Shown: positions 1-10,438, counted from the stretch's first letter. The stretch: DNA of 64,000 nucleotides from Candidatus Latescibacterota bacterium (GCA_965219385.1 CBDCNM010000002.1:3110305-3174304), one strand, 5' to 3'. Translations and numbers: made by a program. The notes: generated by a model not told the origin, from the letters alone.

Positions 1-163
1 CGAGTTGATGGGAAGTCGCTCATTGGTCCTGGTCGACTGCGGCGGCCAGGAGGTCCGGGTTCTGGTACAGGGCGAAAACAACGTCCGCGAGGGCGAGGAC
101 GTGCAGCTTTCCCTGGATCTTGCCCATGGTTTTTTCTTTGGCCCGGACGGCAGCAGCTTGTGA
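1..163 (+). CDS. C-terminal end (TOBE-like) of a sugar ABC transporter ATP-binding protein, partial at window edge
   Basis: Frame from nt 2 reads ELMGSRSLVLVDCGGQEVRVLVQGENNVREGEDVQLSLDLAHGFFFGPDGSSL*, typical of MalK-like C-termini; not in the ORF track. Confidence 0.65.
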   Translation, partial: ELMGSRSLVLVDCGGQEVRVLVQGENNVREGEDVQLSLDLAHGFFFGPDGSSL

Positions 164-170
164 GGCTTTT

Positions 171-971
171 TTATTTTTTGGCGATCTCGCGGGTGGCCTG
201 GAGGGCCTGGCCGTAACCGTTTCTGACGGCGGTGAGGTCGTGGCAGCAGTTGAACCAGCGGGTTCCTTTCTCAAAGACCTTGCGCATAGGCTCGCCCGGA
301 TCAACCGCCGTGCCCATGGCCTTGCCGTGGGTCCGGCAGGCCCGGCCGACTCTGTCGAACGCCGCCAGCACCTTCTCGTGGGTGCTGGCGGCCCCCGGTT
401 CCCGTTCCACCCCATAACTGTGGGTCAAATCCCCGGGGCCCACGAACAACAAATCAATCCCTTCCACCGCGGCGATGGCATCGGCCTCCTCCACTGCTTC
501 CGCGTCTTCGATCATCACGCCCAGCAAGGTGTGCTGGTTGGCCTGGGCCAGGAACTCATCCAGGTCGAGGGTGCCGAAATGCGAATCCCTGCCCCCGCCC
601 ATACCGCGCAAGCCGAGGGGTTGAAACTTGGCCATCCTGACGAACGCCCGCGCTTCTTCGGCGCTTTTGCAGTGCGGCCATATCAGGCCTCCGGCTCCCA
701 GCTCCAGGGTCTTGATTATCTGGTTGTAGGGGCCGTGGGGAAGGCGCACGATTACATCCAGGTCGACGGTGCGCGCGGCCAGGATCATGTTGGATAGGCC
801 ATCCAGATCGAGGTGGGTGTGCTCCATGTCGATCCACACGCAGGTGTAGCCTGCCTGAGCGATCAATTCGACGACGATTGGACTGAATACTCGATTGATT
901 TCCGGGACGATGATTACCTCGCCGCTGAGAGCAGCGGCTTTGGTTTTATTGGGTCTGTATTGCTTTGCCAT
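171..971 (-). CDS. HpcH/HpaI aldolase family protein
   Basis: WIDMEH, PLGLRG, MIEDAEAV, LFVGPGDL motifs. Confidence 0.9.
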   Translation of the reverse strand: MAKQYRPNKTKAAALSGEVIIVPEINRVFSPIVVELIAQAGYTCVWIDMEHTHLDLDGLSNMILAARTVDLDVIVRLPHGPYNQIIKTLELGAGGLIWPHCKSAEEARAFVRMAKFQPLGLRGMGGGRDSHFGTLDLDEFLAQANQHTLLGVMIEDAEAVEEADAIAAVEGIDLLFVGPGDLTHSYGVEREPGAASTHEKVLAAFDRVGRACRTHGKAMGTAVDPGEPMRKVFEKGTRWFNCCHDLTAVRNGYGQALQATREIAKK

Positions 972-987
972 ATGGATTCCTCGGTAG

Positions 988-2157
988 CTAGGACACCGCC
1001 GCTTCCACCCCCTGGAACCTGGGCAAGACCTCTTTGCCGAACCACGCGAGATCCTGCTTGAGTACGCTGGGAGGGATGGCCAGGGCGCCGGCCCCTACGG
1101 TCACCCTCTCCAGCCCGGGCAGACTCTCCTGGAGCTCGGAAAGCCTTGCGAAAACGTGTTCCGGCGGTCCGCAGATCCAGGCGCCGTCGCGCACCAGGTC
1201 GCGCGCCGTCGGCAGCCCGGCCAGGGGCGCTTTTTCCGCATCGAAGGTGGCCTGAATCTGCTCCTCGGTAAGCTGGGGCATCCGGCCCAGGGGCGCCAGC
1301 ACCTTGAGCTGCTCCTCGAACCACACGGACGCCTCCTGAATGGCCTTTTCCTGAGTGTCGGCCAGGTGTATCTGCAAAACCACGGCCAGGTCCTCTCCCA
1401 GTTCGGTGTCGCGCCCCGAGCCCGTCAGGGCTTCCCTCCACCTGGTGGCGATCTCGACCACCCGCCCGCCTCCGGGGACGACGCCCTTGACGCCGTGTTT
1501 GACCATGAAGTCCATGCCGCGCGGACTGACGCTGAAGATGGGCTGCCAGCACTCCATGGGCCGCTGGCGGGGACGCGGCACTAGGGTGATATCCTCCAGC
1601 TCCTGCCCGCGGTTCAAGATCCTGGCCGGGAGATCGTAATGCTTGCCGCGATGCGCGAAAGACTGCTGGTTCCAGGCCTTGAAAATGATCTCGACCTGCT
1701 CCTCGAACAGGTCGCGGTTGGCCTGGTCGTCCTCCAGCGGCGAGCCCAGGGTTTCTACTTCCCGGGGTATGTAACCACGGCCGATGCCGAACCTGACGCG
1801 GCCCTGGGTAAGCACATCCGCCATGGCATAATCTTCGGCCAGGCGCAGAGGATGCCAGGCCGGCACGGTATTGAACATGCTCCCGAAGTTGAGCTGCCTG
1901 GTGACCTGCGCCAGGTGGACGCTCAACATGGGTATGTTGGGGATGCCGCCGTAGCCCTCGCGCTGAAAGTGGTGCTCGGCGAACCACAGGGTATCGTAGC
2001 CGGCGCCGTCCATGAGCTCGGCCATGTCGCGGGCCTCGTCGTACACCGAGATCAGGTGCTCGTCCGACTCGATCCGGTCGTCGACCGGGACACCCTGGAA
2101 GCCCATGTTGTCCATCTCCACGTGGCCGCCGTAGAAATTGTCAAATTTGGTTATCAT
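988..2157 (-). CDS. LLM class (luciferase-like) flavin-dependent oxidoreductase
   Basis: WFAEHHF, HPLRLAEDYA, GRVRFGIGRG. Confidence 0.9.
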   Translation of the reverse strand: MITKFDNFYGGHVEMDNMGFQGVPVDDRIESDEHLISVYDEARDMAELMDGAGYDTLWFAEHHFQREGYGGIPNIPMLSVHLAQVTRQLNFGSMFNTVPAWHPLRLAEDYAMADVLTQGRVRFGIGRGYIPREVETLGSPLEDDQANRDLFEEQVEIIFKAWNQQSFAHRGKHYDLPARILNRGQELEDITLVPRPRQRPMECWQPIFSVSPRGMDFMVKHGVKGVVPGGGRVVEIATRWREALTGSGRDTELGEDLAVVLQIHLADTQEKAIQEASVWFEEQLKVLAPLGRMPQLTEEQIQATFDAEKAPLAGLPTARDLVRDGAWICGPPEHVFARLSELQESLPGLERVTVGAGALAIPPSVLKQDLAWFGKEVLPRFQGVEAAVS

Positions 2158-2182
2158 CCATTCCTTCCCTTTTCGGGCTGTT

Positions 2183-3775
2183 TCAAGTCACCCTGTGCTC
2201 GTAGGGCCCCAGATCCGCATCCACAAAACCCCGGTGGAAGCTCTTGCCCATCAGGTACTTGATCTCTACCTCCACATCCCTGACCGCAACCACCCCCAGG
2301 ACCTTGGAATCCCGTTCCAACAGCCTTACCTCCAGGATATTGCGCCCTTTGACCGGCCAGTGCGCCCGGTCGAGCTCGAAGATGTACCACTGTCCGAACA
2401 AGCGGTAGCGCGGCATGCTCATTGCGTACATCTGGTTGATCCGGCGCAGCGAGCCGGCGGGCAGTTCCTGGTCGTTGAGCCCGAAACTGAGACGGTCCAG
2501 CTCGGTGGACCCTGTGATTCGCACCCGCACCAAAACCTGGTGTACCCGTCCCATGCTGTCCCAGCAGGACAGATCGTCGCTGATGGTGAAATCCAGGTGC
2601 AGGGGCTGGTTCACCTGCAACTCGGCGGGCAGCGGATCTGCCGTGCGCGGTGGCAGCAGGGGTTTGGGGGGTGCGTTGGTTGCCGTGGCAAGGCGGTAGA
2701 TCTTGTCTTTGCAGGCCATCACGTCCGGGTGCGGAATCTCGCGTAGTTTTTCGTAGAAGTCCGCCTGGTAGGGCCAGCACCCGAACCAGTGCGCCAGGTA
2801 GATCCCGTCGATGCCCTGGGCCCAGAAATTGCAGGCCGCGGCCCGCATCATCTCGATGGTCCCCTCGCCGATCCGGTCCGAATCCACGCGGCTCTGGATG
2901 GCGGCGTGGATGCGGCAGTTCGAGCCTGTGGCTGCCTCCACCAGGGGGCGGAAATCAGCCATGGGATCCGCCGTGCCCGAGGCTTCCGGGATGAGGACGT
3001 CCACAATGCCCCGCCGGATCCATTCCATCAGGTCCAGCCCCACCGCCAGGCTGCCCTCCACGCTGATGGGGACGCGGAGGGCCAGTTCGCGCTCGGGATC
3101 GCTCCTTTTGACGGCCTCGTAGACTCGTCCGATCCATTCGCTCATGAGGAGACGTCCCGCCTCCACCTGGCCGGGGTGAAAATAATAAGGTTCGTAGTTC
3201 AGCTGGAGTTCGATACCGTCGACCGGATAATGGGCCAGGACCTCTTCGATCACGGCAAAGGTCTTTTCCCGGACCTCCACGTGCTTGAAATCGGGACAGC
3301 GATACCCCGGCCAGTCCACATCGACATCACCGCCGGCGCCGATGTCCAGGGGCTGCACATCCCGCCGCCAGTCCTCCGGGTCGTGGTCCTCCTTTTCCCA
3401 GCTTTGCAACATCCGCTCCCGGCCCCCCTGCTGGGCCAGCAAAGAGGCGTAGAGCAACAAGCCCTTGGCGTGAGCCCGTTCGCAGAGGATCCTGAGGGGA
3501 TCGTTGCCCCCCTGGATCAGCTCGGTGAAATTCTGGTTGGCCCGCCGCCAGATCAGGTGAGGCCACCTCTCTACGTTTTGGCCCCACAAGTCCCCTGCCC
3601 GGGTATCGTAGAGGAGACTGCGGATATCGCCCAGGGTCAGCATCAGGGCCTCGACCGGAGTGCCCGCCAGCTCGTCCACTGCGGCCTCGAGTTCCTTCGG
3701 GTATATGGGGGGTTCGTACATATAGATCAGTGGATGGCGTCCATCGTGATCGAACATCACGCGCGGTTTTGGCAT
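2183..3775 (-). CDS. TIM-barrel glycoside-hydrolase-like protein (GHL10/DUF187-like) with C-terminal beta domain
   Basis: Start MPKPRV after AAGGA RBS; 'CERAHAKG', 'YPVDGIELQLNY', 'AQGIDGIY'; paralogue of 31135..32694. Confidence 0.6.
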   Translation of the reverse strand: MPKPRVMFDHDGRHPLIYMYEPPIYPKELEAAVDELAGTPVEALMLTLGDIRSLLYDTRAGDLWGQNVERWPHLIWRRANQNFTELIQGGNDPLRILCERAHAKGLLLYASLLAQQGGRERMLQSWEKEDHDPEDWRRDVQPLDIGAGGDVDVDWPGYRCPDFKHVEVREKTFAVIEEVLAHYPVDGIELQLNYEPYYFHPGQVEAGRLLMSEWIGRVYEAVKRSDPERELALRVPISVEGSLAVGLDLMEWIRRGIVDVLIPEASGTADPMADFRPLVEAATGSNCRIHAAIQSRVDSDRIGEGTIEMMRAAACNFWAQGIDGIYLAHWFGCWPYQADFYEKLREIPHPDVMACKDKIYRLATATNAPPKPLLPPRTADPLPAELQVNQPLHLDFTISDDLSCWDSMGRVHQVLVRVRITGSTELDRLSFGLNDQELPAGSLRRINQMYAMSMPRYRLFGQWYIFELDRAHWPVKGRNILEVRLLERDSKVLGVVAVRDVEVEIKYLMGKSFHRGFVDADLGPYEHRVT

Positions 3776-3802
3776 GGCCCTTTCCTTATTTCTGAAGATA
3801 AT

Positions 3803-3943
3803 CAGTACTTCACGGAATCGGCGGGCGGCCGTGCAGGGCTTGTGCCTCTGGGGTTTTATGAGGCCCAGGGCGCTCTTGCCCCGCCGGCAACATTCCCTCC
3901 CGGTCTTGAGGTCCAAATATTTGCGGTATTTCGTGAATTACTG
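3803..3943. mobile_element. MITE-like non-autonomous element, copy 1 (141 bp)
   Basis: Imperfect terminal inverted repeats CAGTACTTCACGGAAT / ATTTCGTGAATTACTG, flanked both sides by ATAAT; internal sequence shared with 21488..21702. Confidence 0.75.
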
Positions 3944-4067
3944 ATAATTCCAACAATTTGCATCCCCTGCGATCCCCTGTCAAATCCATCCTCCGCGCGG
4001 CCCTTGTCTTTGCTCTTGAGTCGGTTTAAATTGGTATCCAACAACCTTGAACAGGACCCGATGCCGC

Positions 4068-4862
4068 ATGAAAAAAAATGAAAGACAAAACCTGGAAGGC
4101 ACCCTCTTCGACCTCAGGGGCCGGGTGGCCCTTATCACCGGCGGCAGCAAAGGCCTGGGCAAGGCCATGGCCCGCGAACTGGCCGTGGCCGGAGCCGAGG
4201 TAGTAATCTCCAGCCGCCACGAGGACGAGCTCAAAGCGACCCTCGAAGAGATTCTCGCGGGGACCGGTGGGCGCGGCGCCTATCTCACCGCCGATATGAC
4301 CCGCCGCGAAGAGGTCGAGCAGCTGGCAGATTCCGCCCTCAAAGAGATGGGCAAGGTCGATATCCTCATCAACAATGCCGGTTTCAACATACCCGAACCC
4401 ATCGACCAAATGACCTACGAAAACTGGGATCATATCCTGGAACTCAACCTCACCTCGTGCACCGCCCTGACCGGGGCACTGGTGCCGCGGATGAAGGAGC
4501 GCAGATGGGGCAGGATCATCAACATCTCGTCCATCATGGCCCTGGGCGGCAGGGAAGGACGTTCGTCCTACGCCGCCACCAAGGCGGCGCTGATCGGCAT
4601 GACCCGGGTCCACGCCCTGGAGCTGGGCCCGTATGGGATCACGGTCAACTGCCTGGCCCCGGGTCCCTTCCTGACCGATCTTCCCAAAGCCGTGCTCAAC
4701 GAAGAGCAGATACAGTCCTTTGCCCGGCAGAGCGCAATGGGACGGTGGGGCGATCCCCGCGAGCTGGCCGGCCCGGTGCTGATGCTGGCCAGCGAGGCCG
4801 GCAGCTACGTCACCGGCACCACTCTGGTGGTGGACGGCGGCGTCCTGTGCAGGACCTTTTGA
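4068..4862 (+). CDS. SDR family oxidoreductase
   Basis: TGGSKGLG, NNAG, YAATK catalytic motif. Confidence 0.92.
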   Translation: MKKNERQNLEGTLFDLRGRVALITGGSKGLGKAMARELAVAGAEVVISSRHEDELKATLEEILAGTGGRGAYLTADMTRREEVEQLADSALKEMGKVDILINNAGFNIPEPIDQMTYENWDHILELNLTSCTALTGALVPRMKERRWGRIINISSIMALGGREGRSSYAATKAALIGMTRVHALELGPYGITVNCLAPGPFLTDLPKAVLNEEQIQSFARQSAMGRWGDPRELAGPVLMLASEAGSYVTGTTLVVDGGVLCRTF

Positions 4863-4865
4863 GAC

Positions 4866-5220
4866 ATGCACCAAAGCCCAAACGAAGAGCTGGCTTTCGC
4901 GGCGGCGACCGATCTCCTGGAGCTCATCGCGACCAGACAAATCTCCCCGGTGGAGTTGACCGAACTCTACTTCAACCGCATCGTCCGACTGGACACACAG
5001 CTGCATGCCTTCCTGCTCCTGAACCACGACGAGGCCATGGAGATGGCCAGGGCTGCCGAGCAGGCCGTCGTCCGCGGCGACGAGCTGGGGCCGTTGCACG
5101 GGCTGCCCTGGCCATCTCCATATTGTGGGCGGAAAGGGCGATGAGGAGACGGTCCTGGCCGCGTCGGCTGCTTTTGAACGAGCGCGGCCGTGGATACAGC
5201 ATCGGCCTCCGGTGTCCTGA
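4866..5220 (+). pseudogene. Amidase (GatA-like) with large internal deletion
   Basis: N-terminus up to 'ELGPLHGLP' joined out of frame to an amidase C-terminus 'LHIVGGKGDEETVLAASAAFERARPWIQHRPPVS*'; catalytic core absent. Confidence 0.8.
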
Positions 5221-5306
5221 TGGTAGGGATGTATGGTCGTGGTCCGCAAGGTCATGCGGAAACGGGTATCATCTCTACTGGAGCGAATCTCAAAGGAGAT
5301 GGAGAT

Positions 5307-6269
5307 TTGGCACACAAACGAATTGTCACCACAGCCCCCATTGACCGGATCGCCATCGACATCCTGGAGGAAGCGGCCCCTTTTGAGACGGCGCTTTCAC
5401 CCGATGAAGAAACCCTGATGGGCCTGATGGAGGGCACCGTTGGTCTGGTGGTCCGGGGTGAGGGCAAAGCCACCGCGCGCATGATCGAGGCGGCGGCCGA
5501 CCTGGCCGTGATCGGCCGCCCCGGAGTCGGGTACGACTCGGTGGACCTGGAGGCGGCCACGGCCCGCGGTATTGCCCTGGTCTACGCTCCGATCGGCGGC
5601 TTTGCCGTGGCCGAGGGCGCCCTGGCCCTGCTGCTGGCCCTGGTCAAGAAAATCCCCCTGTGCGACAAACTGGTCCGCGACGGGCAGTGGAACAAGCGCT
5701 ACGATCACGCAACCGGAGACATCACCGGCCACACCCTGGGCATCATTGGCCTGGGCCGGATCGGCGCCCACCTGGCCCGCCTGGTGCAGCCCTTCGGCGC
5801 GACCTTGCTGGGCTACGATCCCTTTGTCGATCCCGAGGCCATGCGCGATCTGGAAGTGGAGCTGGTGGAGCTGGAGGAATTGCTCGGGCGCAGCGACTTT
5901 GTTTCGGTGCACACCCCGCTCAACGACGAGACCCGCGGCCTGCTCAACGTCGAGCGGATCGCCCTGATGAAACCCGGCGCCATCCTGATCAACACCTCCC
6001 GGGGCGGGACCATCGCCAGCCTGGACGTCCTGGCCGAGGCCCTGGAAAAGGGGCCCCTCGGAGCCGTGGGGCTGGACGTATTCCCCACGGAACCGCCCGA
6101 TGTTTCGCACCGGATTTTCGAGGATCCCCGGTGTCTGTTCGCGCCGCACCTGGTAGGTGTCAGCAGCCTGGCCATGAGCCGTATGTACAAATCCATGGCC
6201 ACGGACATGGTCGCAGTACTCAAGGGCGAGCGCCCGGTACACTGCGTCAACCCAGAGGTTTTCGCTTAA
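5307..6269 (+). CDS. D-isomer-specific 2-hydroxyacid dehydrogenase (SerA-like)
   Basis: GVGYDSVD, GLGRIG, INTSRG, LDVFPTEP, PH; probable TTG start after GGAG. Confidence 0.88.
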   Translation: MAHKRIVTTAPIDRIAIDILEEAAPFETALSPDEETLMGLMEGTVGLVVRGEGKATARMIEAAADLAVIGRPGVGYDSVDLEAATARGIALVYAPIGGFAVAEGALALLLALVKKIPLCDKLVRDGQWNKRYDHATGDITGHTLGIIGLGRIGAHLARLVQPFGATLLGYDPFVDPEAMRDLEVELVELEELLGRSDFVSVHTPLNDETRGLLNVERIALMKPGAILINTSRGGTIASLDVLAEALEKGPLGAVGLDVFPTEPPDVSHRIFEDPRCLFAPHLVGVSSLAMSRMYKSMATDMVAVLKGERPVHCVNPEVFA

Positions 6270-6335
6270 TTCAAAAACCCTATCTTCAACCCAACCCGCC
6301 CATGGCGGATTCACCCTGCTCCCGCGAGGTAAACC

Positions 6336-7406
6336 ATGAAAGTCGGCAAGTTCATGATGCCCCTGCATCCCCCCGAAAAAGATCGGACCCAGACCTTCGA
6401 AGAAGACGCGGAATGCGTCCTGCTGGCAGATGAACTGGGTTTCAGCGAAGCCTGGATCGGCCAGCACCACACCGCAGCATGGGAACCCATCCCCTCCAAC
6501 GATATCTTCATCGCCCACCTCCTGCCCCAGACCAGAAACATCCGTCTGGGCACGGGCGTGACCATCATCACCCAGCACCACCCGGCCAACGTCGCCGTCC
6601 GCCTGGCCTATTTGGACCACCTGGCCAGGGGCCGCTTCAACGTCGGCTTTGGCCAGGGTGGGGTGCCGACCGATTGGGGGCTTTTCGACCTGCCGGACCC
6701 GAGGACCCAGGGGTTGATGACCCTGGAGGCGATGGAGATCGTTCTCAAGCTCTGGCGGGAAGAGGCGCCCTTCGAATTCAAGGGGGACTACTGGAACCTC
6801 GAGGTCGATCAGAAGATCCCGGAACTGGGTCTGGGAGAATGGTTGCGGCCCTACCAGAAACCCCACCCGCCGCTGGCCATGAGCATTGTCAGGGAGGAAT
6901 CCATGGCCGCCCGGACCGGCGGCAAGAAGGGATTCATCCCCATCAGCATCAACATGGCTCCGACCCACAAGGTAAAACGCCAGTGGGAGGTCTACTGCGA
7001 GGGCGCAGCCGAGGCCGGACGGCCCGAACCGGACCGGTCGAATTGGCGCATCTCCCGCAGCATATTCGTTGGGGAATCGGATAAAGATGCCCGGGAGCAT
7101 GCCCTGAACGGTGCCTTTGCCGGCTCGCTTTTATACCTGCGCGGCATGCTCAACCTGGCCAGTATGCTCGATCTGCCGAAGATGGATCCAGAGATGCCGG
7201 ACGAAGCCGTCAACGACCAGTACCTCATCGACAAAATCGCCGTCGTCGGCAGCCCCGATACGGTGACGCGGAAGCTCCAGGATCTCTACGAGACCACCGG
7301 GGGGTTCGGCACCGTGCTGATGATCGCCCACGACTGGGACGACAAGGCCAGGATGCGCCGGTCCATGGAGCTCATGGCCCGGGAGGTCATCCCGCAGCTG
7401 CCCTGA
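6336..7406 (+). CDS. LLM class flavin-dependent oxidoreductase
   Basis: LGFSEAWIGQHH, IRLGTGV, LDHLARGR. Confidence 0.9.
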   Translation: MKVGKFMMPLHPPEKDRTQTFEEDAECVLLADELGFSEAWIGQHHTAAWEPIPSNDIFIAHLLPQTRNIRLGTGVTIITQHHPANVAVRLAYLDHLARGRFNVGFGQGGVPTDWGLFDLPDPRTQGLMTLEAMEIVLKLWREEAPFEFKGDYWNLEVDQKIPELGLGEWLRPYQKPHPPLAMSIVREESMAARTGGKKGFIPISINMAPTHKVKRQWEVYCEGAAEAGRPEPDRSNWRISRSIFVGESDKDAREHALNGAFAGSLLYLRGMLNLASMLDLPKMDPEMPDEAVNDQYLIDKIAVVGSPDTVTRKLQDLYETTGGFGTVLMIAHDWDDKARMRRSMELMAREVIPQLP

Positions 7407-7486
7407 GAAGCCGTCTCAAAACCCCCGCTGGCCGGCGCGCGGCAGCAACTCTTAGTTTCCACCTCCAACCACAAGGGAGCTGAATC

Positions 7487-8386
7487 ATGACACCCGAAGA
7501 GGTCCTGTCCCACCAGTCCAAAGTCCTCACCGACGAGCAACGCCATTTCTACTTCGAGAGCGGCTACCTGCTGGTCGAAAACCTCATCGCGCAAGAATGG
7601 ATCGATCGCCTGCTCAACGCCACCCGGCAGATGGTGGACAGGGGCCGCTCCCTCACCCAGTCGGACGCGGTGTTCGACCTGGAGCCGGGCCACACCGCGG
7701 AAAATCCCCGCCTCCGCCGCCTGACCAGCCCGGTGGACCACCATCCGGCCTACTGGGAATACGGGGCCGCGTCCATCCTGGTGGACGTGGTGGCCGACCT
7801 GGTGGGACCGAATGTCAAGTTCCACCACTCCAAGCTGAATTTCAAGTGGGAGGAAGGCGGGGAGGAGGTAAAGTGGCACCAGGATATCGGCTACTGGCCG
7901 CATACCAACTACAGCCCCCTCACGGTCGGGACTTATCTCCACGACGTAGACGACGATCAGGGCCCCCTCGCCGTAATCCCCGGTAGCCACGAGGGGCCTC
8001 TCTTCGATCAGTACAACGAAGGGGGCACGTGGGTGGGCTGTCTGAGCGAAGAGGATATGACAGGGGTCAACTTCGGCAAGGTGGACTATCTCAAGGGGCC
8101 GGCCGGATCCATCACCATCCACAACTGCCGCACCATTCACGGCTCCAGGAAGAACCTGTCCGCCAGCGGCCGGCCGCTGCTGCTCTACGCCTATTCCGCG
8201 GCCGATGCCTTTCCCTACACCTTCAACCCGCTCAACAGCCCCTACTCGGGCACCGTCGTGCGCGGCCAACAGGTCCGCTGGGCCCACCACGATGCCCGGG
8301 CCTGCCTGATCCCGCCGGACTGGTCGGAGGGCTACACTTCCATTTACGCGGTACAGCAGCAGGAAGATTGGGCGGCCAGAAATTGA
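7487..8386 (+). CDS. PhyH family Fe(II)/2-oxoglutarate dioxygenase
   Basis: WHQD, GPLAVIPGSH, IHGS...R. Confidence 0.9.
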   Translation: MTPEEVLSHQSKVLTDEQRHFYFESGYLLVENLIAQEWIDRLLNATRQMVDRGRSLTQSDAVFDLEPGHTAENPRLRRLTSPVDHHPAYWEYGAASILVDVVADLVGPNVKFHHSKLNFKWEEGGEEVKWHQDIGYWPHTNYSPLTVGTYLHDVDDDQGPLAVIPGSHEGPLFDQYNEGGTWVGCLSEEDMTGVNFGKVDYLKGPAGSITIHNCRTIHGSRKNLSASGRPLLLYAYSAADAFPYTFNPLNSPYSGTVVRGQQVRWAHHDARACLIPPDWSEGYTSIYAVQQQEDWAARN

Positions 8387-8395
8387 GAGGGCTTC

Positions 8396-8875
8396 TTAAA
8401 GCAACCGCTTGATCAGGTCCACTGCCTCTTCGGGGGTTGCGGCCTCGAAGAGCAGACCCTCTTCTTTGTAGGAATCGAAGACGCTGCCGATATCGAAGGC
8501 CAGCAGAACCACCCGGCGCCGATTCTTCAAGGCCAGGGCGATCTCCGAGAGGGTACCCGCTTTTCCCGGACAGGCCACTACCACATCACTGGACAGCACA
8601 TTGACGTAGTTGCGCGCGTCCCCCATACCTGTGAGAATCGGGACATCGATGTAGTCCGAGGCGCCCCCGGGACGATCATCCGGCAGGATGCCAATGGTCA
8701 GGCCGCCCTGCTCTTTGGCGCCCTGGGCCGAGGCTTCCATGATACCCGCCGGACGGCCCCCGTTCAGGAGCGCCCACCCCTGTGCGGCAATGAGCCCTCC
8801 CAGGCGATATGCCGCTTCGAGGGAACGGGCATCGGCCCGTCCGCCCCCCATGACCCCTATGATCGGCCTTTTCAT
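8396..8875 (-). CDS. TIGR00725 / LOG-like (SLOG superfamily) Rossmann-fold protein
   Basis: GIMEA, IGILP, TGMGDARN, GTLSEIALA. Confidence 0.85.
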   Translation of the reverse strand: MKRPIIGVMGGGRADARSLEAAYRLGGLIAAQGWALLNGGRPAGIMEASAQGAKEQGGLTIGILPDDRPGGASDYIDVPILTGMGDARNYVNVLSSDVVVACPGKAGTLSEIALALKNRRRVVLLAFDIGSVFDSYKEEGLLFEAATPEEAVDLIKRLL

Positions 8876-8880
8876 ACCAT

Positions 8881-9663
8881 CTACTCTGGGCCCACGAGCT
8901 CGTCGAGTTCTCCACTGCACTTTTCCAGTACCTTGGTCAGGAAGAAATCGCCCCCCCACGGCACGATCCGCGCTCCCCTGGCGCGACGTTCGGCCAGCTG
9001 TTCCGGCGTGCCGGCCGTGATGCCCCAGGCTTTGTTGTGCTCGAGAGCCGCCGCGGACACCCGCTCAATCACATCGTCCAGGGTGAGGGCGGATTCCGGG
9101 GCCGCGTCCATCCGCAGCCCCAGATCGCCAGGGCCGATGAAGAGGACATCAAGCCCGGGCACAGCCGCAATTTCATCCACGTTCTCCACCGCCTCCAGGG
9201 TCTCTATCTGGCCGACGATGAAGGTCTGGCGGTTGGCATCGGCCGGCCAGTTGCTGGGTGGCGGATAGAATGCCAGGCCGAAATCCGCATCCAGGCCGGC
9301 CCCGTCCAGGCCCCGGTTGCCATCGGGGGGAAACTTGAGCGAATCTACGACCCGGCGAGCGATTTCCGCGTTCGAGGTGAAGGGAATCATGAGCCCGCTG
9401 GCCCCTTCTTCCAGATATCGGTAAAGACGGGTGCGCTCCAGAGTCGGAGGCCGCACCATGCAGTCGATGTCGTGCAGGTGGCACATGGTCAGCAGGGCCT
9501 GCACCTCGCGGTCGGTCATGGACCGGTGCTCCAGGTCGAGCCAGATGCCGTCGTACTTGTGATGCGCGGCATAGCGGACGAAAAAGGGCATGAAATGACC
9601 CAGGCCGCAGAAGCGAGCGAAGTTGCCGGCCCTCAGTTTTTTCAGGACTTTGCTCTCTCTCAT
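8881..9663 (-). CDS. HpcH/HpaI aldolase family protein
   Basis: WLDLEH, PDGNRG, QIETLEAV, FIGPGDL. Confidence 0.9.
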   Translation of the reverse strand: MRESKVLKKLRAGNFARFCGLGHFMPFFVRYAAHHKYDGIWLDLEHRSMTDREVQALLTMCHLHDIDCMVRPPTLERTRLYRYLEEGASGLMIPFTSNAEIARRVVDSLKFPPDGNRGLDGAGLDADFGLAFYPPPSNWPADANRQTFIVGQIETLEAVENVDEIAAVPGLDVLFIGPGDLGLRMDAAPESALTLDDVIERVSAAALEHNKAWGITAGTPEQLAERRARGARIVPWGGDFFLTKVLEKCSGELDELVGPE

Positions 9664-9691
9664 GGATGAGTTCCTCTCACTCGGCGCTGGA

Positions 9692-10438
9692 TCAGCTGAT
9701 CACCAGGTAGGACAGCCAGCCGCCGTAGTCTTCGTTGATGATCTGGTGAAAGACCCCGCGCGCTAGATAAACGGTATCCCCCTCGCCCACCTGGTGCACC
9801 TCGTCATCGATGATCATGGTGCCCCGGCCTTTTAGGATATAGTAGATCTGTTCCTTGTCGTCGTGCTTGTGGTTATCCGCGGCCTTGCCCCGTACCAGGG
9901 CCTGCCTTGCAATATAGTACATTCCCAGCAAACAGGGCCGATCCGTAGAGGGCTCTTCCTCGTCCACCGACTCGAGCAAGCTCCAGGTCACGGCCGCTCC
10001 GTGCACCCCGGCCGTCGGCCTCACATCGCGCCAGTTTACCACCTGCGACTGGCTGTCCCGGCGCTCCACCGGGCAGCTGATGATCAGCTGCCCTATCCAC
10101 TCGTCGGAGTTCCGGTTGATGAGCTGGTGTCGGGCGCCGGGCGCAAAGTAAGCCACCGATCCCTCGCGCACAGGATGGGTCTGGCCGTCGATCAATACCT
10201 CGCCCTCGCCCGCCAGAATGTAGTAGTACTGCTCTACCGAGGCGTGCTGGTGGTAGTCGGATTCCTGGCGCCCCTGCATGGCGTAGTGGTGCAGACTACC
10301 GATTTGTTCCAGGCAGGCGGATGGCTCTCCGCTTTCTTCGGTGCGCCGCTGCAGCACCGGCCAGATCACGGCGCTCTGGTGTCCGATGCGGGGATCTTTA
10401 TCCCGCCAGTTGCAGATGACAACTCCTGATTCCGCCAT
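9692..10438 (-). CDS. Bicupin (two cupin domains) protein
   Basis: Two repeats of HxH-x3-EQ-x-YYIL-x-G-x-G ... HQ-x-IN. Confidence 0.85.
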   Translation of the reverse strand: MAESGVVICNWRDKDPRIGHQSAVIWPVLQRRTEESGEPSACLEQIGSLHHYAMQGRQESDYHQHASVEQYYYILAGEGEVLIDGQTHPVREGSVAYFAPGARHQLINRNSDEWIGQLIISCPVERRDSQSQVVNWRDVRPTAGVHGAAVTWSLLESVDEEEPSTDRPCLLGMYYIARQALVRGKAADNHKHDDKEQIYYILKGRGTMIIDDEVHQVGEGDTVYLARGVFHQIINEDYGGWLSYLVIS

